From Pseudomonadota bacterium (lineage in GTDB: Bacteria > Bdellovibrionota_B > Oligoflexia > Silvanigrellales > Silvanigrellaceae), in assembly GCA_039799905.1 (NCBI GenBank), contig JBDLRP010000022.1, forward strand, positions 1 to 26,942: DNA of 26,942 bases, read 5' to 3'. The notes beneath the pieces are model-generated. The model was not told where the DNA came from. It ran no database searches and saw nothing but the letters and a program-made list of their open reading frames with translations. The stretch's first letter is position 1; every line of letters starts with the position of its first letter. Positions 17,423-25,582 of the stretch are shown in pieces. The translations under genes and the position numbers were made by a program.

Positions 17423-19087
17423 ATGAATAAAAAACACAGTTTCGACCGATACCGCATTTTGCCATTGCTGACGATTCTGGCAATCGCAGCGTTGGCCATA
17501 TTCTTTCTGCCATCCAGCGGGACCCTGATGGCTTCGGGAAATTTCATCGACCTTCCAGAGCCTCATCCCGCGCGACTTGCCGACAGGCTGAGTGTTGTGA
17601 TGCGCGGTGTGCCTGCTTCGGCGGCAGAGAAAAGAGACATCGAATCGGGTGCGACAAACCTGCCAACTCTGGCCGAGAAGTACCGCAGCGATGAAAAATT
17701 CGCAGAACGTCTTGCACAGTATTGGGCACAGACACTGAAGATAACTGGCCCGTTCGACTTCGCCATGTTGGAAGACAGCGGCGGGGCGAGTTTGTTGGCG
17801 AATCTCAGACCCAACGACAATCTCAGGACGAGTTCATCGATTATTTTCAGAAAGCCAAACACATGCGCCACATCCGATGAGCCGCGCTTCGAGCTCTTTT
17901 ATAGGGGTCAGGAATTTCCTGAAGACGTTCAACGAATCCGCCAACGCTGCCAGAGCTTGCCGGCAGGTTCACAAGATCGGCAAACCTGCGACACCGACCT
18001 GGAGAGGACAATCAGGCGTGCAGAAATCACCGAGAACTTCAGAGCAGTCCACGACTGCAGCTGCGCTGAGGCTGTGAGTATCAGACCATGGTGGAATCTT
18101 AGTTCGACTGTCAAAGTCTGTCCGTCGGCAATCCGCGCATGTGCGCTCGGAGCTAACGGAAAGTGCACGAATAGCGACCCTGCGAATGCCGTGGATGTGT
18201 GCGGGCCAAATCTTGCCAAGTGCATGCCGCGCGATTCAAGACTCGAAACAGGAAATATTCCGTCGCAATTGGCTCCGCTTCAACACGATGGCAATCGATT
18301 TTTCAACGAGGTCATTTCCGGGCTGACCCTCGAACCGGCAATGCTGATAGCAAAAACAATCCAAGAAAACCGCGACTACCGCGAGGTGCTCACGACGAAG
18401 ACAACCGTCTTGACGGGCGCCGTGGAAGCATTTCTCAAAAGCGCGCAGGGCGCCATGATCAGCAATCAGACCGCTGGCCGCTACAACAACGGAAACGCGC
18501 TGATTGGAAATCAATCGACGCGGAAGTCGTGGCGGCGTGTCGAGCGCGGTGCTGGAAATGCCGGTGTGCTGACGACACCCATGTTCCATCAGGTGACCAA
18601 TGGTTATCGCGCAAAGGCAAATCGTGCGTACGAGAGCTTCCTGTGCAGAAGATTCATCATTCCACCCGGAGTGATTGACGGCGATCCGGAGGAAACCGAT
18701 CTGACCAAAAGACAACCGTGCGCCAGTTGCCATGTCGAACTCGAACCATTGGGCAACATGTTCAAGCGCTGGCCCGAAGAAGGAACTAACTTTCTATACT
18801 CGGCAAACAATTCGGCTCAAGGAGGATTCAGAATTCAGCCGCAGGGACAGTTCGAAACAGGAATCGACACGGAAGGATTTGCAAACCTGTTTGTCAAAGA
18901 CGAACGCTTTGCCGAGTGCGCAGTGCAGAGGGCATTTGAATTCGCCATCGGCCGAGAGCCGAGCGAATACGACATCCAGTACTTTTTCCCAAAATGGAAG
19001 CAGAAATTCGTTGCTGAAGGTTACAAGGTCTGGCCGATGATGCTCGAAATCATTCAGTCGGTCTATTTCCGCGGAGGTTGGAAATGA
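17423..19087 (+). CDS. Exported Cys-rich c-type cytochrome-like protein (DUF1588/DUF1585-type)
   Basis: N-terminal signal or anchor, RLSVVMRGVPAS helix, AGVLTTPMF...RAKANRAYESFLC, PCASCHVELEPLG (CxxCH), FAECAVQRAFEFAIGREP and IIQSVYFR at the C-terminus; 14 Cys. Confidence 0.75.
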   Translation: MNKKHSFDRYRILPLLTILAIAALAIFFLPSSGTLMASGNFIDLPEPHPARLADRLSVVMRGVPASAAEKRDIESGATNLPTLAEKYRSDEKFAERLAQYWAQTLKITGPFDFAMLEDSGGASLLANLRPNDNLRTSSSIIFRKPNTCATSDEPRFELFYRGQEFPEDVQRIRQRCQSLPAGSQDRQTCDTDLERTIRRAEITENFRAVHDCSCAEAVSIRPWWNLSSTVKVCPSAIRACALGANGKCTNSDPANAVDVCGPNLAKCMPRDSRLETGNIPSQLAPLQHDGNRFFNEVISGLTLEPAMLIAKTIQENRDYREVLTTKTTVLTGAVEAFLKSAQGAMISNQTAGRYNNGNALIGNQSTRKSWRRVERGAGNAGVLTTPMFHQVTNGYRAKANRAYESFLCRRFIIPPGVIDGDPEETDLTKRQPCASCHVELEPLGNMFKRWPEEGTNFLYSANNSAQGGFRIQPQGQFETGIDTEGFANLFVKDERFAECAVQRAFEFAIGREPSEYDIQYFFPKWKQKFVAEGYKVWPMMLEIIQSVYFRGGWK

Positions 19088-19800
19088 AAATCATCTCCGC
19101 ATCTTTGCTCTGCATCCTGCTTGCGGGCTGCTTCGGCAGGAAGAATGAAAGTGTTGTCTCATTGCCGGACGGCTTTCACAAATCAAGTGACGTATCGTCT
19201 ACTGTGCGCATTGTTTCGGGCGATGTTCAGAGCGACAGCACGGCCATGAAACGCGCAGCACCAGAGCCCGTCCTTCTCCCGCCGGAGGCACTCAGGGAAG
19301 TCTTCAAACCCGTGTTCGGCGAGCAGCCGCGCAAAAACCCGGCACTGTTTTTTTCTGCGGCCGAAAGTGACGACCTCGGCGGCTACCGCATTCTGACCGC
19401 GAACAATCCGAGAGCAGGCAGCACACAGGCAAATCCATCGATGATCTGGCTGCGCAACCTGTCTGCCGACTATGTTTTTACCCTGCGACAGTTCGCCGCT
19501 GACGCTTGCGAAAAACTCATCGACAGCGAACTGGCGAACGCAAAAAATCCTGACAACAAACTTGTCGAAGGCGAGAGTCCTTCGCAGGTCCGCATCAACA
19601 CATTCCTCACAACGCTGCTTGGCTATCAGGAAAAAGAAAAACTGCATGCGGGAGTCGACACGTATCATGCGGCCTTCGAAAAAATGCGAACTGCAACGCC
19701 ACTGCCGCAAAATGATGCCGACAAGGCGGCCCGACTGAAGTCTGCCTACAACCATCTTTGCGCGGCGCTCGTGACAGATGTGCGCGTTTACTACAGATAA
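19084..19800 (+). CDS. Hypothetical lipoprotein (operon partner)
   Basis: ATGA overlap with the previous stop, GGAGG RBS, lipobox LAGC, helical C-terminal half with two Cys. Confidence 0.85.
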   Translation: MKIISASLLCILLAGCFGRKNESVVSLPDGFHKSSDVSSTVRIVSGDVQSDSTAMKRAAPEPVLLPPEALREVFKPVFGEQPRKNPALFFSAAESDDLGGYRILTANNPRAGSTQANPSMIWLRNLSADYVFTLRQFAADACEKLIDSELANAKNPDNKLVEGESPSQVRINTFLTTLLGYQEKEKLHAGVDTYHAAFEKMRTATPLPQNDADKAARLKSAYNHLCAALVTDVRVYYR

Positions 19801-19812
19801 GGATACAAACAG

Positions 19813-21306
19813 ATGAGCAAGATAGGACGCCGCGAGCTGCTCAAAAATCTTTGCATCGGAGTTGGTGCCGGAATCTCGTCGCAAGTTTTTTTCGGACAGG
19901 TTCAGGCAGCATCAAAAGATCAAAAATTCATCCTCTACATCCATTGTGGATCGTGGGACGGCATTGGTACGGGCCTTCTGCAACCCAACAGCACCAGTCA
20001 ATGGCCACGCGGCTGTTTCATCAGCGGGCAGGAGCATGAACCCGGCACCCGGACCACAAAAAAACAATACCAGAAGGCCATTAATCAACCGCTTGGCAAT
20101 CCGTTGGTCGGAAAAATTTCCGCCGCGGGAGGCCACCTCTTCTCGCATTATGCGTCTCCATTGGCTGCAGTCGCGAACAATCTTTTGCACGTCACGTGCA
20201 CACCCGGTAGCCTCGATCATAACGTTGCCCGCGTGATTCAGCAGACGGGCTCACCATCGGGCCAACCGCATTGGGTCACCGGCCTCGCGCAGGCCCTGCG
20301 GACACCCGACCAGTCTACGACCTTTGTCATCAATTCTCAGTTCAGTTCGGCAGCAACCATCGACGTATCGTCACTCACGGCACGAAACCTTGATGGCTTC
20401 CGAAATCTATTCCGTGAAACTGTTTTCACCTCGAACGATGTTCCGGCCAGCGCACGTGAAGCGTTTGCCGAAGCCAGCAAAAGCATGTTCGACATTTTTG
20501 CGGGGCCGAGTGTTCTTCCGGCGGGCTTTAAAACAACTTTCCAAGGATCAATGAAGACAATCATTCGCGGCATCGAGGGCATCAACGACGATTCGCCGGC
20601 AGTTGCCTCGGTGCGAAGAGCGCTGTCAAAGGAAGCCTTGCAAACAAAAATCGGAGAGGTTTTTCAAAACAACGATGCGGAGGGAATTGCGGATGCCGGT
20701 CCGGCTGATGCTTTGATGCAGCAGTTGATTCTTGCCGGTGCGCTCATCTCGTCCTCTGCAGCGCAGGGTATGGTCATCCAGATGCCCGGCGAAGACCGTC
20801 ACTCAGGCGGCGCAGAGATCATCACAAGCCGGATCGCTGGAAATATGTGGACACAACTTGTGATGTTCTGGAACTGGCTCGAAAGTGAAAAGCTGCAGGA
20901 CAGAGTGACTATTGTGCTGACTCACGAATTCACCCGCACCGCTTGGAACACAAACGCAAACGTCGGTGAAATTGTTCAAAATGGCCAGACGCTGGAAGTC
21001 AATGCACCCGGCAGGGATCACCACCCCATCAATGGTCTGTATGTTCTCAACAGCAAGTTGAAATCAGGCCTCCGCTTTGGCGGACTGCGCGACGGTTTTG
21101 TTGCCTCTGGAGCGAGTTCGTTGAACGCGTCAGCCAATGCTTCGATTCCGGCACCAACCACTCAACAGGCGCTGGGGACAATCTTTTTCACTCTGTTTGA
21201 CGAATTGAAACATCCGGGCCAGGCGGATTCAGCCCGCCGCCTGCGCACGATTTGGCCGACCATCGCAGATTCCGACATCATTGCTCCGTTGCGGGAGATC
21301 GTATGA
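19813..21306 (+). CDS. Tat-exported DUF1501-like protein
   Basis: GRRELLK twin-arginine signal ending VQA. CGSWDG, LDH, EDRH, THEFTRT (compare SEFGRT) and GRDH motifs resemble DUF1501. AAGGA RBS. Confidence 0.7.
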   Translation: MSKIGRRELLKNLCIGVGAGISSQVFFGQVQAASKDQKFILYIHCGSWDGIGTGLLQPNSTSQWPRGCFISGQEHEPGTRTTKKQYQKAINQPLGNPLVGKISAAGGHLFSHYASPLAAVANNLLHVTCTPGSLDHNVARVIQQTGSPSGQPHWVTGLAQALRTPDQSTTFVINSQFSSAATIDVSSLTARNLDGFRNLFRETVFTSNDVPASAREAFAEASKSMFDIFAGPSVLPAGFKTTFQGSMKTIIRGIEGINDDSPAVASVRRALSKEALQTKIGEVFQNNDAEGIADAGPADALMQQLILAGALISSSAAQGMVIQMPGEDRHSGGAEIITSRIAGNMWTQLVMFWNWLESEKLQDRVTIVLTHEFTRTAWNTNANVGEIVQNGQTLEVNAPGRDHHPINGLYVLNSKLKSGLRFGGLRDGFVASGASSLNASANASIPAPTTQQALGTIFFTLFDELKHPGQADSARRLRTIWPTIADSDIIAPLREIV

Positions 21307-22406
21307 GACGGCTCATATTCCTGACTGTCATTCTGAGCGGCTGCAGTTCGAACAACAGCGGCGGCGGTTCGGCAGGTTCTCAGAAGTCAGCTGCTGCAAG
21401 TGACTCTGCAACCGAGATTAAACTCAATTGGAGCAAATTTTCGCAAGTTCCGGATGTTTTTACGCCACCAGTGGAACACTTGTCATCAAATGACGGAAGA
21501 CAACTTTTGCTCATCGACAAAAACAGCAAGAGTTTTCTGATCGACACAGACGAAAAAACGACCAGCCCGCTGAGCCTCTGGGTCAATTTGAAAAAAGATG
21601 CCGACACACTGGGAATTTTTCAAACATCGGAATATTCCGCATGGCAACTGCGCAACGATAAATTGCAGTGGATTCGTTGGGAGAGCAATGCTGTTGATCA
21701 TCAGATTGTTCAAACACAACTGTCAGAGTTGCTGCCGGGTGTCGCAGCGGCAGACATTAGAATCTTTTCGCCCCGCATCGACCAGCTCCTGCTCGTCAGC
21801 GGAGAGCGTCGAGTGCTTGTGCAACGCAATGACAGCAAACTCACGGTCAGCCGCATTTCGGGCCTTAAAAGCAGCAACATTTTTTCAACTTCCGCGGCTC
21901 ATTTTTTTGAGTACGGCAGTAACAAACTATCGCGCCTGCTTGCAGGTTCGCGCCCCAGCTGGGCAGAGCAGAAATTAACACACACCGGCCTGCCGGCGTC
22001 TGCCACAGATTTAAAAATGGATGTCTTCGGGACTGCCGAACGTTTGCAGGTGCGGGCACTCGCCATATCCGAAAATACATTTTGGTTGAGCGGAGTTGCC
22101 GATGTAGGAAGTGAGAGTAGTTTGAAAATTCCGCAGCCAGCATTGGATGGCGACGCACAATTCAAGAATCTTGTTGAGCCGTTTTTGGTCAAGCACTGTG
22201 GCACGTGTCATGAAGGCCGCGCACCGGTTTTTATCCGCAGCGATGCCGGCAAAAAAATCGCACTGCCTGAGGTCGTTGCAGCGGAAAAAGAGAAAATCAA
22301 ATTCCGCATCACCCTACCCCAAACAGACGGCCGGATTATGCCGCCTTACCCGCCTTATCCTACAACCGGCGATCTGTCGGCAATCGTCAAATGGCTGGAA
22401 AAGTAA
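21303..22406 (+). CDS. Lipoprotein with beta-rich N-terminal region and C-terminal monoheme cytochrome c domain
   Basis: ATGA overlap, lipobox LSGC, S/G linker, FKNLVEPFLVKHCGTCH...IMPP...AIVKWL (CxxCH with a distal Met candidate). Confidence 0.82.
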   Translation: MRRLIFLTVILSGCSSNNSGGGSAGSQKSAAASDSATEIKLNWSKFSQVPDVFTPPVEHLSSNDGRQLLLIDKNSKSFLIDTDEKTTSPLSLWVNLKKDADTLGIFQTSEYSAWQLRNDKLQWIRWESNAVDHQIVQTQLSELLPGVAAADIRIFSPRIDQLLLVSGERRVLVQRNDSKLTVSRISGLKSSNIFSTSAAHFFEYGSNKLSRLLAGSRPSWAEQKLTHTGLPASATDLKMDVFGTAERLQVRALAISENTFWLSGVADVGSESSLKIPQPALDGDAQFKNLVEPFLVKHCGTCHEGRAPVFIRSDAGKKIALPEVVAAEKEKIKFRITLPQTDGRIMPPYPPYPTTGDLSAIVKWLEK

Positions 22407-22482
22407 GATAATTTAAAAACCTGAAATAACGGTTTGTTGCCTGCCGCGATAAGATGTTGGCTGGGTATTTTCCTCGAAATAT

Positions 22483-22510
22483 TCAAGCCAAATGACCGCA
22501 CGTCCGATAC
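22483..22510 (+). promoter_or_regulatory. Second sigma-28-like promoter
   Basis: TCAAG-N15-TCCGATAC, same spacing as the 17362 site; ends 23 nt before ATG 22534. Confidence 0.5.
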
Positions 22511-22533
22511 CCCGTGGGCCGCAGGAGGAAGAC

Positions 22534-24036
22534 ATGGGGCTGATCCAAGTAGGCACACGACAACTGCGCAGCATGACTATCGCTGCGCTCATAACCGCAT
22601 CGGTGATGTCGGCCTGCAAAAAGCAACAGACGTCCGATGCCGAAACCGAGTCGTCATCTGGTTCGGGTACCGTTGTCAGTGGCTTTGTGACCCGTGAACA
22701 TGGTTATCTGGATACGGCAGTCGGACGCAAGCACATGGTCTCGATGGCAGCACGGATTGGCATCAAGCGGCTCTTCGTTGACGTCTGGTCGCGGGGTTGC
22801 ACGCTGTTCAAATCCAGCGTCATGAAGAGCCACGGCGGGCCCGAAATATGCGCAGAGTCTGAAGGAGATCCGCTCGGCGACCTGATGCGCTATGGAAAAC
22901 AATACAACATCGAAATCGTTCCTTGGTTCGAATGGGGCAACATCGTTCCGGCCAAATCGGCGCTCTGGAATAAAAACAAGAATCGCGGCTGGAGCGGTTT
23001 TGAGGAATCCTTCCACACAGTTCCGTCGATCCGCATCAATCCCTACAAAGGCGACTTCGGTTTGTTCTTTGCCGATCTGCTCAAGGAAGTTGTCTCACGC
23101 TATGGAGCCAGAGAAATTCATCTGTGCGACAACTTTGCTCCACACACCAAATACGGATCCGCGACTGCGATCAAAGGGGCACAGGCTTTCACTGCGGCTG
23201 CGCTGAAAATCACAGCTCCGGCACGCAATGCGGGAGCGGTATTTTCGCTAAGTTCACAGCGGCGCCTGAATTCATTGCAGACGTTCAGCATCGACTGGTC
23301 GCGCTGGCTGCGCAGCGGAGTCGTCAAGTGGGTGTATCCACAGCTCTACCATGTGTCCGAGAGCAAAACGGAGCAGTTCTTGAGCGAAGCGCGCGCAGAA
23401 AAAGCGGCCGGAGCCATCGGTGTCGCACTATATACAGGACCAACGACAGCCCGTTGGACTCTTGAAGGTGTCGGCAAGTACGTCAAGTTAGCCCGCACTC
23501 TTGGGCTCGAGAGTGCAATCTTCGATTTCAACACACTGTTGGCAGATCAAAAAGCAAGCAACAATACACACGTCCAGAAGATCTCTCAGGCACTCGGCAC
23601 CCGTATGCGTTACGGCCTGTCAGACGCTACGCAACCGCCGCAGCCGGCGAAACCGCCTCAAGCACCTATTCTGCCACCTCCCGATGAGCAATCTCCGGTG
23701 GCTCCCGTACTTCCGCCACCCGATGCTGTGCCGCCAGTTGCCACGCCGGATGCGCAGATAAGCCCGACGCCCAAGACGCGTTTGTGCGAATACATGAAAG
23801 TAGTCGGAGCACCGGAGAGCGGAGCACCCGCATATTTGTCGGCCGGCAAAGGCGAGGCTGTCGATTCAGCGTTCAATGAGCAGCTGGCCTATAGACATCT
23901 CACGCAAAATAGTTCGGACGGAAGCGAGATGATGTACGTTACCTTGTATTCTGCCGACGGCGGTGCACGCGTGCGCTGGCTTGAAGCAAAGTATCTCGCT
24001 GAACGACGCCCTGAAGAACAGATCTGTTCACCTTGA
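22534..24036 (+). CDS. Glycoside hydrolase-like 10 (GHL10/DUF187) lipoprotein with Pro-rich linker and small C-terminal domain
   Basis: AGGAGG RBS, lipobox MSAC, LFVDVWSRGCTLFKS, DPL, IVPWFEWG, EVVSRY...IHLCDNF, DWSRWL..G, YPQLY, Pro-rich linker, beta-rich C-terminal domain. Confidence 0.8.
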   Translation: MGLIQVGTRQLRSMTIAALITASVMSACKKQQTSDAETESSSGSGTVVSGFVTREHGYLDTAVGRKHMVSMAARIGIKRLFVDVWSRGCTLFKSSVMKSHGGPEICAESEGDPLGDLMRYGKQYNIEIVPWFEWGNIVPAKSALWNKNKNRGWSGFEESFHTVPSIRINPYKGDFGLFFADLLKEVVSRYGAREIHLCDNFAPHTKYGSATAIKGAQAFTAAALKITAPARNAGAVFSLSSQRRLNSLQTFSIDWSRWLRSGVVKWVYPQLYHVSESKTEQFLSEARAEKAAGAIGVALYTGPTTARWTLEGVGKYVKLARTLGLESAIFDFNTLLADQKASNNTHVQKISQALGTRMRYGLSDATQPPQPAKPPQAPILPPPDEQSPVAPVLPPPDAVPPVATPDAQISPTPKTRLCEYMKVVGAPESGAPAYLSAGKGEAVDSAFNEQLAYRHLTQNSSDGSEMMYVTLYSADGGARVRWLEAKYLAERRPEEQICSP

Positions 24037-24052
24037 AGCGAACAACGACAAG

Positions 24053-25201
24053 TCAGGTCTTTTTGTGATTTCCTTCCGTCTGCGCGGGTGGCAAGGCCAA
24101 GTCGGCCGTGACGGCAAAAAAGTCATGCAGGTGTGGATAGCGCTCGCGCACCTTAAGAGCCCAGTAAAGCTGTTTCCGCGGCTGTTCATGACGCAAAAAA
24201 ATCCGCAAAAGGAGCTGCTCGTCGGCACTCAGAATGCTCTTGTGTGATTGCGCCTTCTTGAGCTCGGTATTGGCAAGTGAGCGGATCTTCTTTTCCGCCG
24301 ACTGGTGCCGCTGACGATAACTCTCCAAATCGACTTGCTCGTTCTGGTGCTTGTGAAATGTGTCCGAGTAATGCATCCATGCGCCCGCCAGCAGCGCGAG
24401 CGAAGGAACTTCTTTTCCGAAATGGGAAATCAGCTGCAGCACATGTTCTGTCGGATGCGATTCGGCAAGCAGTCTTGCGTAATCAAACTCGCGCGCGTCA
24501 TCCAAATCGTGATCCTCGCTCTTCAATTTGATGAACGCGTCGTAAATTCTCTTCGACTCATGTTCCACGCTGCTAGGTACGTCGAAGGATGCCGCGCGGC
24601 GTCCGTTCTTTACATTTTCAGTCGCATGGTGCTGACCGCTGCGGCCGCCGGAAATTGGCAACAGACTGACTTTTTCTCCGGATTTGCCGGCGCTGGTCCG
24701 TGCAGGAAAAACCAGCGCTTCGTGCGCCGAAAGTCCGTCAGCAGATTGAGCAGATTTGCTTCCCTTGAGCGGTTTCAGTTTTCCGCCCGCGCTGATTTTA
24801 TCGGTGTCGACGGGGTGCGATCCGTTCGGTACAGGCGGCTGCGGATGCAGTGCGCGCACGTTTTTTGCATCGCCGAGTTTGTGGCGCGCCTTTCGCTCCG
24901 GAGACTTAGCCAAGTTTCGCCATTGTGTTGGATCCAAATTCATGCGCAACAGACACGTCGAGCCATTGCGCTCCGTCACGTGAACAATCCCGCTGTCACT
25001 GAGTTCGGACACAGCCGCCTTGACCTGCCGTTCACTGACTCCAAGAATCAGCGCGAGCTCGCCAGCGCTGGTAACGACCTCCTCCACTTTTGCGACAAGC
25101 CCATTGAGCAAATAGCTGACCAGCGCATATGCGGGTGCCGAGAGGCGTGCCACCGCCAGCAGCTTGAATCCACCGCGCTCTGCAAAACGCTTAAAGTTCA
25201 A
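24053..25201 (-). CDS. Hypothetical protein with N-terminal winged helix-turn-helix
   Basis: AAGGAG RBS before TTG. SAGELALILGVSERQVKAAVSELSDSGIVHV fits an HTH with wing, followed by a low-complexity linker and a helical C-terminal domain. Confidence 0.75.
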   Translation of the reverse strand: MNFKRFAERGGFKLLAVARLSAPAYALVSYLLNGLVAKVEEVVTSAGELALILGVSERQVKAAVSELSDSGIVHVTERNGSTCLLRMNLDPTQWRNLAKSPERKARHKLGDAKNVRALHPQPPVPNGSHPVDTDKISAGGKLKPLKGSKSAQSADGLSAHEALVFPARTSAGKSGEKVSLLPISGGRSGQHHATENVKNGRRAASFDVPSSVEHESKRIYDAFIKLKSEDHDLDDAREFDYARLLAESHPTEHVLQLISHFGKEVPSLALLAGAWMHYSDTFHKHQNEQVDLESYRQRHQSAEKKIRSLANTELKKAQSHKSILSADEQLLLRIFLRHEQPRKQLYWALKVRERYPHLHDFFAVTADLALPPAQTEGNHKKT

Positions 25202-25297
25202 GGAATTCTCTCCTTTATTATAAAGCGCTCAAACCGAAAAACTCAGTTCCTGAAAATTCAGACCGATCAGGAGAGTATCACAGGTAGGGGTTGACTC

Positions 25298-25564
25298 ATG
25301 CTGCACCGCTTTCTGACACTTTCGCAAATTCCAGAACTTCGCACAGAACCCAGCAGTCCCGAGGCCGGTGTGACTGACGTCGAAATTCTTATTCCTGTGG
25401 AAGTGTTGTGGCGGATGGAAGAACTTATAAAGGAACTGAAATTTCTGCGGTCCGCCGGATACTCAACCTCCCGAGTGAGCAACAAGCTGATGACGCTGAT
25501 GAAACCTTACATCGTCAACGAGCGCGACCGCATTGCCATGTCGCGCAGCGGTTCGGCCGCCTGA
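25298..25564 (+). CDS. Small hypothetical protein (88 aa)
   Basis: AGGGG RBS; fills the gap between the two flanking minus-strand genes; amphipathic helical composition. Confidence 0.6.
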   Translation: MLHRFLTLSQIPELRTEPSSPEAGVTDVEILIPVEVLWRMEELIKELKFLRSAGYSTSRVSNKLMTLMKPYIVNERDRIAMSRSGSAA

Positions 25565-25582
25565 ACCAACTTCAAAAAGCTC

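Noticed and set aside
19183..19884. 233-aa minus-strand ORF
   Set aside because: Antisense to a lipoprotein gene that is translationally coupled within the operon.
25242..25269. Third sigma-28-like site (CTCAG-N15-ACCGATCA) before the 88-aa ORF
   Set aside because: Too many mismatches in both elements to support without a PWM.
24305..25294. 329-aa plus-strand ORF
   Set aside because: Antisense shadow of the wHTH gene, which has the RBS and a recognisable motif.
24053..25564. Prophage or plasmid remnant around the wHTH gene
   Set aside because: No integrase, structural genes, att repeats or obvious compositional shift.
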